The position numbers and the translations under genes are program-made. From Marispirochaeta sp. (GTDB lineage: Bacteria; Spirochaetota; Spirochaetia; JC444; Marispirochaetaceae): a stretch of DNA of 64,000 nucleotides. The DNA is taken from assembly GCA_963676835.2 (NCBI GenBank), contig CAXXFF010000002.1, positions 1,152,001 through 1,216,000 of the forward strand, in the 5' to 3' direction. This document shows, piece by piece, positions 9,371 through 18,598 of the stretch. The stretch's first letter is position 1, and each line of letters opens with the position of its first letter. A model generated the notes under the pieces. It was given only the letters and a program-made list of their open reading frames with translations. It made no database searches and was not told the DNA's origin.

Positions 9371-10546
9371 TTACCTGTTATCAATAATCCTTGCCATTAC
9401 AACCCCTTCAATATTTCTGAGTTTTTCAAGCAGAGTGTCTGAGGCCGGGGTTTCTATGTCGATAATATTGTAGGCATAGTTGTCCCGGTGGCGGTTGATC
9501 ATTTCGGATATATTCATCTGCTCTTCAGCCAGCACAGTGGTTATCTGTCCCACCATGTTGGGGATATTACGGTTTGCGATAACAATCCTGGTATCCGTTG
9601 TGGGGGGGAGGGAGCAATCGGGAAAATTGACGGAGTTTTTAATGTTTCCCGTCTCCAGGAAGTTGATAATCTGGTTGGCGGCCATTATAGCGCAGTTTTC
9701 TTCCGCTTCCGGAGTTGAAGCTCCAAGATGGGGAATGGGAATTACGTTTTCGATTCCCAGAATTGAGGCATCGGGAAAGTCCGTAACATAACGGTCGACA
9801 ATTCCTTCGTTTATGGCTTCAATCAGATCGCTGTTGTTTACCAGTCCGCCTCGGGAAAAGTTCAGGATTTTTACCCCTTTCTTCATGCGGCCGAAGCGTT
9901 CTTTATTCAGCATTCCCCGGGTCTTGTCGTTCAGGGGGACGTGAACACTGAGGTAGTCGGAGTTGGCAATCAGGGCTTCCAGACTTTCCGCTTTGCGTAC
10001 CGTGGGAGAAAGCCCCCAGGCGGCTTCCACGGAAATAAAAGGGTCGAACCCGGATACCATCATACCCAGGCGTTCCGCATCATTGGCAACATCAACACCG
10101 ATGGCACCGAGACCGATAATGCCCAGGGTCTTTCCCTTTATTTCGCCGCCGGTAAAGCGCTTTTTCTCCTTTTCAACCAGGGAAGGAACCTCATCGCCCT
10201 TGTCGGCCAGGCTCTGGGCCCACTGCATTCCGCGGAAAATCTTGCGCGAAGAGAGAAAGAGCCCGGTAAGGGTCAGTTCCTTGACGGAGTTTGCATTTGC
10301 TCCGGGGGTGTTGAATACAACAACTCCCTTCTCGGTACAGTCGGCAACGGGAATGTTGTTGGTCCCCGCCCCGGCCCGGGCAATTGCCCGTACTGATTCG
10401 GGCAGCTCTAAGGCATGCATATCCTGGCTCCGGACTATGATGGCATCGGGGTTGATAAGCTCCGAGGCTATTTCGTAGTCCTCCCGGGAAAACAGTTCCA
10501 GTCCTCTGGGGGAGATTTTGTTAAGGGTCTGAATTTTGTACATCAT
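9371..10546 (-). CDS. serA: D-3-phosphoglycerate dehydrogenase with ACT domain
   Basis: RAGAGTNNI, NTPGANANSV, GLGAIG, PHLGAST, C-terminal ACT. Confidence 0.9.
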   Translation of the reverse strand: MMYKIQTLNKISPRGLELFSREDYEIASELINPDAIIVRSQDMHALELPESVRAIARAGAGTNNIPVADCTEKGVVVFNTPGANANSVKELTLTGLFLSSRKIFRGMQWAQSLADKGDEVPSLVEKEKKRFTGGEIKGKTLGIIGLGAIGVDVANDAERLGMMVSGFDPFISVEAAWGLSPTVRKAESLEALIANSDYLSVHVPLNDKTRGMLNKERFGRMKKGVKILNFSRGGLVNNSDLIEAINEGIVDRYVTDFPDASILGIENVIPIPHLGASTPEAEENCAIMAANQIINFLETGNIKNSVNFPDCSLPPTTDTRIVIANRNIPNMVGQITTVLAEEQMNISEMINRHRDNYAYNIIDIETPASDTLLEKLRNIEGVVMARIIDNR

Positions 10547-11178
10547 GGTCTCCTTTCTGATGTGTAAATAAGGCCTGCCAGCATACGCAGTTCATCCAGA
10601 ACAGATATCTGACGGACCCTGATGGTTTCCGGTACGGCAACGGGGCTGCTGAAATTGACAAGCCCCTGGATTCCTCCCTCTATAAGACGGTCGGCGGTAA
10701 TCTGGGCCTGCTTTGAGGGCACCGCAATAATACCCAGCTCGATGCAGTTCTCTTTTACATATTCCGCGATTCTATAGGACGGCAGAAGGGGTACATCTGC
10801 GGTCAGTATTTCCAGCTTGTTGGTGTCGCTGTCAAAACCGGCGCGGATGACAATTCCTTCAGAACTGAATCCGGGGTAGGCGAGCATTGCCTGTCCCAGT
10901 CTTCCCAGTCCCACGATACAGGCGGTCCGCTCTTTTTTCAGACCCAGGGTCGCGGCGATGGCTTTTTTCAGCTCCCCGGGAGCATATCCGGATGAGCTGA
11001 AACTGCCCGGGGGGAGGTAGCCGAAATCCTTACGAATAGTATGGGCCGATTCTCCCAGCCGTTCTCCAAGCTGTGCGGAAGAGATGCGGGTAATTCCTTC
11101 TGTCACCAGATCGTCAAGCAGGCCGTAGACGGCGCAAAGGCGCTCAACTGTTGGTGTAGGAATGGTTCCGCTGTTCAT
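10543..11178 (-). CDS. rex: Redox-sensing transcriptional repressor Rex
   Basis: IP.PTVERL..Y, IRKDF, GLGRLG..L, FDSD; start ATG 11178. Confidence 0.92.
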   Translation of the reverse strand: MNSGTIPTPTVERLCAVYGLLDDLVTEGITRISSAQLGERLGESAHTIRKDFGYLPPGSFSSSGYAPGELKKAIAATLGLKKERTACIVGLGRLGQAMLAYPGFSSEGIVIRAGFDSDTNKLEILTADVPLLPSYRIAEYVKENCIELGIIAVPSKQAQITADRLIEGGIQGLVNFSSPVAVPETIRVRQISVLDELRMLAGLIYTSERRP

Positions 11179-11198
11179 CTGCCGCCTTTTGAAGTTCT

Positions 11199-11216
11199 CT
11201 GTGAAAAATTTCACAG
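11199..11216. promoter_or_regulatory. Rex operator
   Basis: CTGTGAA-AAAT-TTCACAG palindrome matching TTGTGAA-N4-TTCACAA, between the rex promoter and start codon. Confidence 0.85.
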
Positions 11217-11228
11217 TAAGATAGCGAT

Positions 11229-11257
11229 ATCCTATCTTGTACGGCTTTGCTGGTCAA
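11229..11257 (-). promoter_or_regulatory. sigma70-type promoter of rex-serA
   Basis: TTGACC-N17-TAGGAT. Confidence 0.65.
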
Positions 11258-11334
11258 TAGATATGGAGATAAATCTTCAGAGTTTAGCCTTGAGCAAATT
11301 GACGGGAGCAACCGCTTAAGCTACATTGATAAAG

Positions 11335-11973
11335 ATGAAAAAACGGGCCATGAGCACTGTTGAAAAAAAGGAGAAGGAAAAGAGGATTCTCGCTACCGCA
11401 GGCGACCTTTTTCGGGATGGTGATTTTGATTCAGTCAGTATTGCCAGTATTGCCCGGGATGCGGGGATTGCCAAAGGGACAGTCTTCCTCTATTTCAGTT
11501 CCAAAGAGGAGCTTTTTCTCACCCTTACCGAACAGTACCTGCAGGAGTGGGTTGGTGATGCCGGAACCTACCTGGTATCCTCAAGCCTGCAGGGGGCTAT
11601 GGAGCTGGAGGCCGCGGCTGAAATTTTTGCCGCCAGTCTTGGTGCAAAAGAAGACCTTCTCCGTCTTTTAGGGATTCTTCACAGCAGACTTCTGCCGGTC
11701 TGCAGCCGGGAGCAGCAGGATCACTACCGATCTGTCTGGATAGAGACCATTACTTCCCTTGAGTCTGTGTTTTCTCAAGCCTCACCGGCGCCGAAGTCGA
11801 GAAGCTGGGGTGAAATTCTTCAGGATCTCTATGTTCTGATTCTCGGAGTTCAGGGGAGTCTTTATGTCCGGGAAAACGGAATCTCCCCTGAGAACGGTTT
11901 TGTTCCCCTTTTTCGCAGACTCAGCCTGGAGTATCTCAGGGGCCTCGCTTCCGGTGTGGCAGTAAAGGACTGA
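11335..11973 (+). CDS. TetR/AcrR-family regulator
   Basis: HTH SIASIARDAGIAKGTVFLYFSSKEEL; TTGACG-N17-TACATT-N7-ATG. Confidence 0.9.
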   Translation: MKKRAMSTVEKKEKEKRILATAGDLFRDGDFDSVSIASIARDAGIAKGTVFLYFSSKEELFLTLTEQYLQEWVGDAGTYLVSSSLQGAMELEAAAEIFAASLGAKEDLLRLLGILHSRLLPVCSREQQDHYRSVWIETITSLESVFSQASPAPKSRSWGEILQDLYVLILGVQGSLYVRENGISPENGFVPLFRRLSLEYLRGLASGVAVKD

Positions 11974-11983
11974 AATTAAAGGT

Positions 11984-13726
11984 ATGTTAAAGGAATTCCG
12001 CACACTGTTTCCGTACTTCAGAAAGTATGGACTGCAATATTTTTTCGGGTTTATTTTTCTGATTATCACCGATGCGGGACAGCTCTATCTTCCCCGGCTG
12101 ACGGGAAAAATTATAAATCATATTTCCACCGGCAACGTGGTTCTTTCCGTGGTTGGCGGCATGGTGCTGCAGATGATAGTCATCGCCCTTGCCATAGCGG
12201 TGGGCCGGTTTTTCTGGCGCTACTTTATCCACGGAGCATCCCGGCGTATCGAAATGCTGGTGCGCGCCCGGCTTTTTTCCCATATTGCCACCTTGTCTCC
12301 GTCATTTTTCAACCGCACTTCCACGGGAGATCTCATGGCCCGGGCAACGGGAGATATGCATCATGTACGGATGGCCTCCGGGATGGGATTTGTAGCCCTT
12401 TTTGACGGCCTTTTTATGACTCTTTCCATACTGATTATAATCTTTATCAATTTTCCCTTTGCAGGGCTTATCGTTCTTGCTCCCTTTCCGCTTATTCCCA
12501 TCATGGTCCTTGGAACCGGCAGGCTCATTGGAAGACTCTTCAAGCAGGTTCAGGAGGGGTATGCAGATCTGTCTTCCCATGTACAGGAGGCTTTGAGCGG
12601 TATTCTGGTTCTCAAAGCCTTTGTCCGGGAAGAGTACAACCTGAGTAAATTTGCACAGAAGAACGAAACCTATAAGAGACGCAACCTTGTGCTTGTCCGT
12701 CTCTGGGGTTTTCTCTATCCCCTGGTAGCCTTTATCGGGGGGGGGGTCACCATCCTTCTTCTGCGCTTCGGCGGATTCTCTGTGCTTACAGAAGAGATGA
12801 GTACCGGTGATTTTGTTGCAGCCATGGGCTATTTGAGTATGCTTATATGGCCCATGCTGGGGATGGGTTTTACCGTGAATATTCTGCAGCGGGGCGGTGC
12901 CGCCCTGGCGAGGATTAATGCCATTCTCAGGGAAGAACCGGAAATAACCAGTCCTGCTGATGGTATTGTTGAGCCCGCATCCGGGGATATTGAGGTAAAG
13001 GATGTAAGTTTTACCTATGCCGGATCCTCATCTCCGGCAGTAGAGAATGTCTCCTTTACGGTTCCCTCGGGGACCACCCTGGGAGTGCTCGGCCGCACCG
13101 GCTCGGGGAAGAGCTCTCTGATCCGGCTGCTGCCGAGACTGCTTGAGCCCGATTCAGGGACTGTTCTTATCGGCGGCAGGGATATAAAAAGCTATAACCT
13201 GGCAGCACTGCGGTCATCCTTCGGTATTGTGCCCCAGGAGACCTTTCTGTTTTCCGCCGAGGTGAGTGAAAATATCGCCTTCGGAGTGGATGATGCTCCC
13301 AGGGAAGAGATCGAAAAGGCTGCCGCCGCATCCACCATCGACAGGGATATAAGGCTCTTTCCCAAAGGCTATGAGACTGAAGTCGGCGAGCGGGGGATTA
13401 CCCTTTCGGGAGGGCAGAAGCAGCGGATTGCCATCTCCCGGGCCCTTCTGACCCGGCCGGAGATTCTTATTTTTGATGATGCCCTGGCGGCGGTGGATAC
13501 CGAGACGGAGGAGCAGATTCTGAAAGGCTTTATCGATCTTCGGAAGGGGAAAACCAATATCCTGATTTCCCACCGGGTATCAACTCTCAAGTTCGCCGAT
13601 ACCATTATAGTCCTTGACGAAGGAAAAATCACCCAGAAGGGCAGTCATGATGAACTGATCCGGCAGGATGGTTTCTATGCGGAGATAGCCGCTCTCCAGA
13701 GACTGGAGCAGGGGGACCGGGTATGA
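11984..13726 (+). CDS. ABC exporter, fused TMD-NBD (MdlA/YheI-like)
   Basis: 6 TM segments, GRTGSGKS, LSGGQKQR, degenerate Walker B IFDD. Confidence 0.93.
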   Translation: MLKEFRTLFPYFRKYGLQYFFGFIFLIITDAGQLYLPRLTGKIINHISTGNVVLSVVGGMVLQMIVIALAIAVGRFFWRYFIHGASRRIEMLVRARLFSHIATLSPSFFNRTSTGDLMARATGDMHHVRMASGMGFVALFDGLFMTLSILIIIFINFPFAGLIVLAPFPLIPIMVLGTGRLIGRLFKQVQEGYADLSSHVQEALSGILVLKAFVREEYNLSKFAQKNETYKRRNLVLVRLWGFLYPLVAFIGGGVTILLLRFGGFSVLTEEMSTGDFVAAMGYLSMLIWPMLGMGFTVNILQRGGAALARINAILREEPEITSPADGIVEPASGDIEVKDVSFTYAGSSSPAVENVSFTVPSGTTLGVLGRTGSGKSSLIRLLPRLLEPDSGTVLIGGRDIKSYNLAALRSSFGIVPQETFLFSAEVSENIAFGVDDAPREEIEKAAAASTIDRDIRLFPKGYETEVGERGITLSGGQKQRIAISRALLTRPEILIFDDALAAVDTETEEQILKGFIDLRKGKTNILISHRVSTLKFADTIIVLDEGKITQKGSHDELIRQDGFYAEIAALQRLEQGDRV

Positions 13727-15855
13727 GGGGTATGGGAATAGGCCACGGCCCCGGCGGCAGTGAGTTTATGAAAAGCTTTGACTGGAAGATCATCAAACGG
13801 CTTTTCTCCTATCTGAGATCCTATCGTCTGCTGGTACTGGTTGCCATGCTTGCTCTAACTGTTTCAACGGTGGTGGAGCTGGCCGCCCCTGTGGTACTGC
13901 AGCGGACCATCGACCGCCATATTACCGGGCGCTATCTCAGACTGGATACCTCACTGACTGTTGAAGATGCCGGTGTCCGGGATCTCTACGGTGCCGAAAA
14001 GGGAATAGTCCCCGGAAGGGGCAGTTCTCTCTATCTTTCCGAGGATATTGTTTCTGCAATTCCCGCAAACAAGAAGGAGAGCCTGATTGCATCCGGTGCT
14101 CTTTCTGAGACCGGATGGCTGCTGCTGTTTCCCGAAAGTTTTCCCGACATTGAGAGGGAGCGGGGGATAACTCTTTTGAGGCAGAAGGCTCCTGATGTCC
14201 GGGCAGAAGGCGATTTTTATGCCATAACCGAGAACGACTATTCACTCTTCTCTGCAGATGAGAAGCTCCTGCTCCGCAGCCGTGACCGGCTGGGAATTGT
14301 GCACAATGCCTGGTTGTATCTTGTCCTGCTTGCAGCATCGCTGATTTTCTCTTTTCTGCAGAATTACTTTATGACTGCCATGGGGCAGAATGTAATGAGA
14401 GACCTGCGTCTGCAGCTTTTAAGGCATCTTATGAAGCAGTCCCTCTCCTATCTGCAGAAAACCCCTGTGGGAAGTCTGGTTTCACGGCTTACCAGCGATG
14501 TTGATACCATTAATGAACTCTTTTCAACGGTGGCCATTTCGCTCATAAAGGATATCAGCATGATGGCCGGGGTTATTGTTACCCTGTATTTCCTGAATGG
14601 ACGTCTTGCTCTTATAACCCTGTGTACCCTTCCTCCGGTTATTGTTTTTACCCTCTATTTCCGGGTTAAAGCCAGGGAGGCCTATCGGCTGGTACGGGCC
14701 AATGTCTCCAGTGTTAATGCCTTCCTTTCGGAGCATATCTCCGGTATGGAAGTTGTGCAGATGTTCGGCCGGGAGCAGGCCTCCCGTGAAGAGTTTGACC
14801 GCAGAAATGAGGAACTGTACCGCGCATCCCTTAAGGAACTCTACGTAATAGCACCTTTCCGGGCCTCAATCGATTTTCTCACCACCGTCTCCACCGGGGT
14901 TATTCTCTATTTCGGTGCGGGAATGTTTATGGAGCTTTCCGTTTCTCTGGGGGTTCTGATTGCCTTTATCAGTCTGATCCGCATGTTTTATCACCCGGTT
15001 ATGGACATCTCCGAGAAGTTTACCATTATCCAGTCCGCCATGGCCGGCGGTGAGAGAATTTTCTCAATACTGGATACTAAAAACGAAATTCCCGACGAAG
15101 GAGACGAAAATCCTGCTAGCGTTGCAGGAGCCCTGGAGTTTCGCAATGTGGATTTTTCCTATGTCCCCGAAGAGAAGGTTCTCAAAGGCCTCTCTTTCTC
15201 TGTTCAACCCGGTGAGACCATTGCAGTTGTAGGCTATACCGGTGCGGGCAAGACAACCATTGCCAACCTGCTAACTCGCTTCTGGGATATTCAGGGCGGA
15301 GAAATCCTTGTTGATGGCAAGGATATACGCACTCTGCCTCTGGCGGATCTCCGGAGTATTATTCAGCCGGTACAGCAGGATGTTTTTCTGTTTTCCGGAA
15401 CCATCGAGGAGAACATTACCCTGGGAGCACCGGTGCCAAGGGAAAAGGTTGTGGAAGCAGCCCGTATGGTAAACGCCCATCAGTTTATTAAAAAGCTTCC
15501 CGACGGCTATGATTCCATGCTTCAGGAGCGGGGCAGCAATCTCTCCACCGGGCAGAAGCAGCTGATCTCTTTTGCAAGAGTTATAGCCCAGGATCCGCGC
15601 ATCCTTATTCTCGATGAAGCCACAGCCAATGTGGATACCGAAACAGAGCAGCTGATTCAGAAGGCCCTGAAGGTGCTGCTGGAGGGGCGGACCAGTCTTG
15701 TTATAGCTCACAGACTCTCCACTATCCGTAACTCAGACCGTATTCTGGTACTCAGTCAGGGCAGACTGGTTGAGTTCGGCTCCCATGATGAGCTTATCGA
15801 ACAGAAAGGACTCTATTATAACCTGTACCGCTTGCAGTACAGCGGTACAGTATAG
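13723..15855 (+). CDS. ABC exporter, fused TMD-NBD (MdlB/YheH-like), heterodimer partner
   Basis: GYTGAGKT, LSTGQKQ, ILDEAT, AHRLST; ATGA overlap with previous gene. Confidence 0.93.
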   Translation: MRGMGIGHGPGGSEFMKSFDWKIIKRLFSYLRSYRLLVLVAMLALTVSTVVELAAPVVLQRTIDRHITGRYLRLDTSLTVEDAGVRDLYGAEKGIVPGRGSSLYLSEDIVSAIPANKKESLIASGALSETGWLLLFPESFPDIERERGITLLRQKAPDVRAEGDFYAITENDYSLFSADEKLLLRSRDRLGIVHNAWLYLVLLAASLIFSFLQNYFMTAMGQNVMRDLRLQLLRHLMKQSLSYLQKTPVGSLVSRLTSDVDTINELFSTVAISLIKDISMMAGVIVTLYFLNGRLALITLCTLPPVIVFTLYFRVKAREAYRLVRANVSSVNAFLSEHISGMEVVQMFGREQASREEFDRRNEELYRASLKELYVIAPFRASIDFLTTVSTGVILYFGAGMFMELSVSLGVLIAFISLIRMFYHPVMDISEKFTIIQSAMAGGERIFSILDTKNEIPDEGDENPASVAGALEFRNVDFSYVPEEKVLKGLSFSVQPGETIAVVGYTGAGKTTIANLLTRFWDIQGGEILVDGKDIRTLPLADLRSIIQPVQQDVFLFSGTIEENITLGAPVPREKVVEAARMVNAHQFIKKLPDGYDSMLQERGSNLSTGQKQLISFARVIAQDPRILILDEATANVDTETEQLIQKALKVLLEGRTSLVIAHRLSTIRNSDRILVLSQGRLVEFGSHDELIEQKGLYYNLYRLQYSGTV

Positions 15856-15866
15856 CCGGCATTGAT

Positions 15867-16721
15867 ATGAAGATTTTCCGTCTTTCATCGGATGATCCTT
15901 TTGCCAATCTTGCGGCGGAGCGGTATATCCTGGAGAGCTGCAATCCAAACGAGGAGCTGCTGCTTCTGTATGTAAACCGGCCCTGTGTGGTTGTCGGCCG
16001 TTCCCAGAACCCTTTTCAGGAATCCAGCCTCAGCGTGCTGGCTCATAAGGGTCTGGACCTTGTGCGGCGCTATACCGGCGGGGGTACTGTCTATCATGAT
16101 CGGGGAAACCTGAATTTCGCTCTTATCCGGCCCCGCCATTCCTTTGACAAGTATGAGAACTCCCGGCAGATTCTTGCAGCACTTAAATCTCTTTCCATAG
16201 CGGGAGAAGTTACTGAACGTAACGATCTTGTAGCCCGGGGAAGGAAATTTTCCGGATCCGCCTACCGGCTGATGAAAGACCGGGCTCTTCATCACGGAAC
16301 CCTGCTGGTTTCTGCAGATCTTGCTCTTCTGAGGCAGGCTCTGAAGCCGACTCTTCCCGGAATAAGCGGAAAAGGCGTTCCTTCTGTTTCCTCTCCTGTG
16401 GTCAGTCTGTCGGAGCTTTCACCGGGGCTTGCACCTGCAGAGGTGGCAGCTGCCCTGATTGATTTTTTCGGCGGAGATTCTTGCAACGTCGGTCCCGACC
16501 ACGAGTTCTACGCCGAAAGCGGCAGCTTTGCTGCTGAACTGCACTCCTGGCAATGGCGGCTGGGGCGTACGCCTGCCTTCACCGTACCCCTCTCGGTGGA
16601 CGGATCTGTTTTCACTACCCGGGTACAGGGCGGTCTCATTGATCCGGGGGCTGATCTCCCCTACGGGGCCGGAGGCAGCCGTCTGGACAGCCTTGTCTGC
16701 GGTGATTACTTCTCAGATTAG
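15867..16721 (+). CDS. lplA: Lipoate-protein ligase A family
   Basis: NLAAE, GRSQN, RRYTGGGTVYHD, KFSGSA, HHGTLL. Confidence 0.88.
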   Translation: MKIFRLSSDDPFANLAAERYILESCNPNEELLLLYVNRPCVVVGRSQNPFQESSLSVLAHKGLDLVRRYTGGGTVYHDRGNLNFALIRPRHSFDKYENSRQILAALKSLSIAGEVTERNDLVARGRKFSGSAYRLMKDRALHHGTLLVSADLALLRQALKPTLPGISGKGVPSVSSPVVSLSELSPGLAPAEVAAALIDFFGGDSCNVGPDHEFYAESGSFAAELHSWQWRLGRTPAFTVPLSVDGSVFTTRVQGGLIDPGADLPYGAGGSRLDSLVCGDYFSD

Positions 16722-16759
16722 ACCGGACTGAATTTTTTGCTGAAAAGTATAAAAAATCG

Positions 16760-16788
16760 GGAACTTTATTAAGCTCCGGAACGACTAA
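16760..16788 (+). promoter_or_regulatory. ECF sigma-factor promoter
   Basis: GGAAC-N17-CGACTAA upstream of the operon encoding the ECF sigma. Confidence 0.65.
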
Positions 16789-16817
16789 CAGACAAATACC
16801 TTCGGAGGTAATAGATT

Positions 16818-17333
16818 ATGAAGAAGATTATTTTTCTGGTACTCCTCGCTGCAGGATTTATGTCGGTATCACAGCTTTCTGCTCAGTCTCTGGTTGAGGA
16901 GGCAGTTCTTCTGCGCCTTGATTTGCCTGTGGCTGTTAAACAGCAGATAAAAGAGCTGGTCATGGAGCAGGCACAGTTGGAGCGGGAGCTCGGAGCAGAT
17001 CAGAAAATCCTGCAGGCACGGCTTGAACGGATGCTGATTAATGAAGACCCTGATATGAATCAGGTTGAAAATATTTTACGGGAATCTCTCTCGCTGAAGC
17101 TGAAAGAAGAGATGGGCCGGATAACCAGGACTCAGGAGATGCGCAAGCTCATGGGTGAAGAGAAATGGACCCTGTTTCTACGCACCCGGGCGGAAATCCG
17201 CAGCAGAATTGAAAACCGTATTAACGATAGCAGGAGTGCGGCAGACCGCAGCAGCAGGACAGAAAGCAGTTCGCCAGGTTCCGCCTCTTCTGGAGGCAGC
17301 GCAGGTTCAACAGGAACAGCCGGAAGACGGTAG
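16818..17333 (+). CDS. Periplasmic Spy/CpxP/ZraP-like helical protein
   Basis: Signal peptide, coiled-coil, LTxxQ-like positions, Ser/Gly-rich tail. Confidence 0.6.
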   Translation: MKKIIFLVLLAAGFMSVSQLSAQSLVEEAVLLRLDLPVAVKQQIKELVMEQAQLERELGADQKILQARLERMLINEDPDMNQVENILRESLSLKLKEEMGRITRTQEMRKLMGEEKWTLFLRTRAEIRSRIENRINDSRSAADRSSRTESSSPGSASSGGSAGSTGTAGRR

Positions 17334-17339
17334 TATTCT

Positions 17340-17939
17340 GTGTCCGATCGGGTCTGTATAGAAAAGTATATATCCCAAAACGACGAAACAGCATTTTCAA
17401 CGTTGATAGAACGCCACCGGCCGTTTATCCGCAAAGTTATCTTTGCGGTATTCGGCGGCTGGCCGGAAGAGGCGGAGGAAGCGGAGCAGGAAGTTTTTAT
17501 TGACCTGTCGGAAAACCTGCACCGCTTCAGAGGCGATTCTTCCTTTTCCACTTACCTTTACCGGCTGGCGAAAAACCGGGCCATTGACGGCCTGCGGAAG
17601 ATACGCAGAGGACGAAGCAGATTTGTGACTCTTCCGGAGATTTCAGGAGGGGAAGATCCTCTGGATATCAGTATCCGTAACGAGGACCGCCGTTTTCTAT
17701 ATGCTGTTCTTGGGCAGCTGAAGGATGAAGAGCGAATGCTTATTCTCCTGAAGGATATTGAAGGATTCTCTCTTGAGCAGATTACAGAGATGACCGGGTT
17801 CCCTCCGGGAACGGTGAAGTCCCGCCTGCACAGAGGCCGTAACAGGATGATAAAAGCAGGGGAAGAACTGATGAAAAAGCGGAACAGGCCCACCGGCTCA
17901 GACGGCTTCAACATCTTCAGAAAAAGGAGCAAGCCATGA
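17340..17939 (+). CDS. ECF RNA polymerase sigma factor
   Basis: FRGDSSFSTYLYRLAKN; region 4 GTVKSRLHRGR. Confidence 0.92.
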   Translation: MSDRVCIEKYISQNDETAFSTLIERHRPFIRKVIFAVFGGWPEEAEEAEQEVFIDLSENLHRFRGDSSFSTYLYRLAKNRAIDGLRKIRRGRSRFVTLPEISGGEDPLDISIRNEDRRFLYAVLGQLKDEERMLILLKDIEGFSLEQITEMTGFPPGTVKSRLHRGRNRMIKAGEELMKKRNRPTGSDGFNIFRKRSKP

Positions 17940-18334
17940 AATGTGCTTACTGGAAGAAAATTCAGAATGCCATGGATCATGATGATGAGCTCTCTTCTTT
18001 CGCACTCCATCTTGAAGAGTGTTCATTCTGCCGCCGTCGTGTTGAGCTCTACTGGAAGTTTACAGGGCTGTATGCGGCTGAACTCTCAAATCCATCAGGT
18101 GCTCTTTTTCAAGGGGTACGCAGAAATCCTTCCCGGCATCCTTTCAGGTGGCTGGCCGCGGCAGCGGTTTTTTCGCTGTCCTTGTTCTTCTCCGGCTTGT
18201 ATCTCCCGGGATACCTTGAGGTTCGCAGTCTGCAGAAAGAGTTTGCCATGGAGTTGGCCGCTCATGCCTTCGAGGGGGGGCTCATGGAAGGTTCTGACAC
18301 GGTTGAAACCGGCTATTCTCTCCGGTGGTTTTAG
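17936..18334 (+). CDS. Zinc-binding membrane anti-sigma factor
   Basis: C...HLEECSFC (HxxxCxxC) plus one TM helix; ATGA-coupled to the sigma gene. Confidence 0.8.
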   Translation: MKCAYWKKIQNAMDHDDELSSFALHLEECSFCRRRVELYWKFTGLYAAELSNPSGALFQGVRRNPSRHPFRWLAAAAVFSLSLFFSGLYLPGYLEVRSLQKEFAMELAAHAFEGGLMEGSDTVETGYSLRWF

Positions 18335-18386
18335 AAACAGCATTTTTCTGTGAAATAGTAAAAAGTGAGGGCTATAGAAAAAGTAT

Positions 18387-18417
18387 AAAAAAAGGGGCTG
18401 CCGGCTGAGGCAGCCCC
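18387..18417 (-). terminator. Intrinsic terminator
   Basis: GGGGCTGCC-N6-GGCAGCCCC followed by T7 on the minus strand. Confidence 0.85.
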
Positions 18418-18500
18418 CGAATGCGGGAGAAATGGAGAGTATGGCTTTTGACTAAAGCCCGGAAACCTTAGGGTCAATGGATGATACCCTTGACTTCCTT
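18387..18500 (-). ncRNA. Candidate small RNA (~114 nt)
   Basis: Bounded by TTGCCT-N17-TATAAT (18535-18507) and a 9-bp GC hairpin + U7; no ORF inside. Confidence 0.6.
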
Positions 18501-18598
18501 GATATAATTATAACTAAAAAAGTCATAAAAGGCAAAGTTTTTTTATAAAAAGTATTGGAAACTTATGGAACTTCAGTAAATACTGTTGTTACGAAAGT

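Noticed and set aside
11179..11214. Extended Rex N-terminus from GTG 11214
   Set aside because: That GTG is part of the Rex operator; ATG 11178 fits family length and has an SD-like sequence
17230..17330. GCA/GCAG-rich low-complexity stretch
   Set aside because: Explained by the Ser/Gly/Ala-rich protein tail
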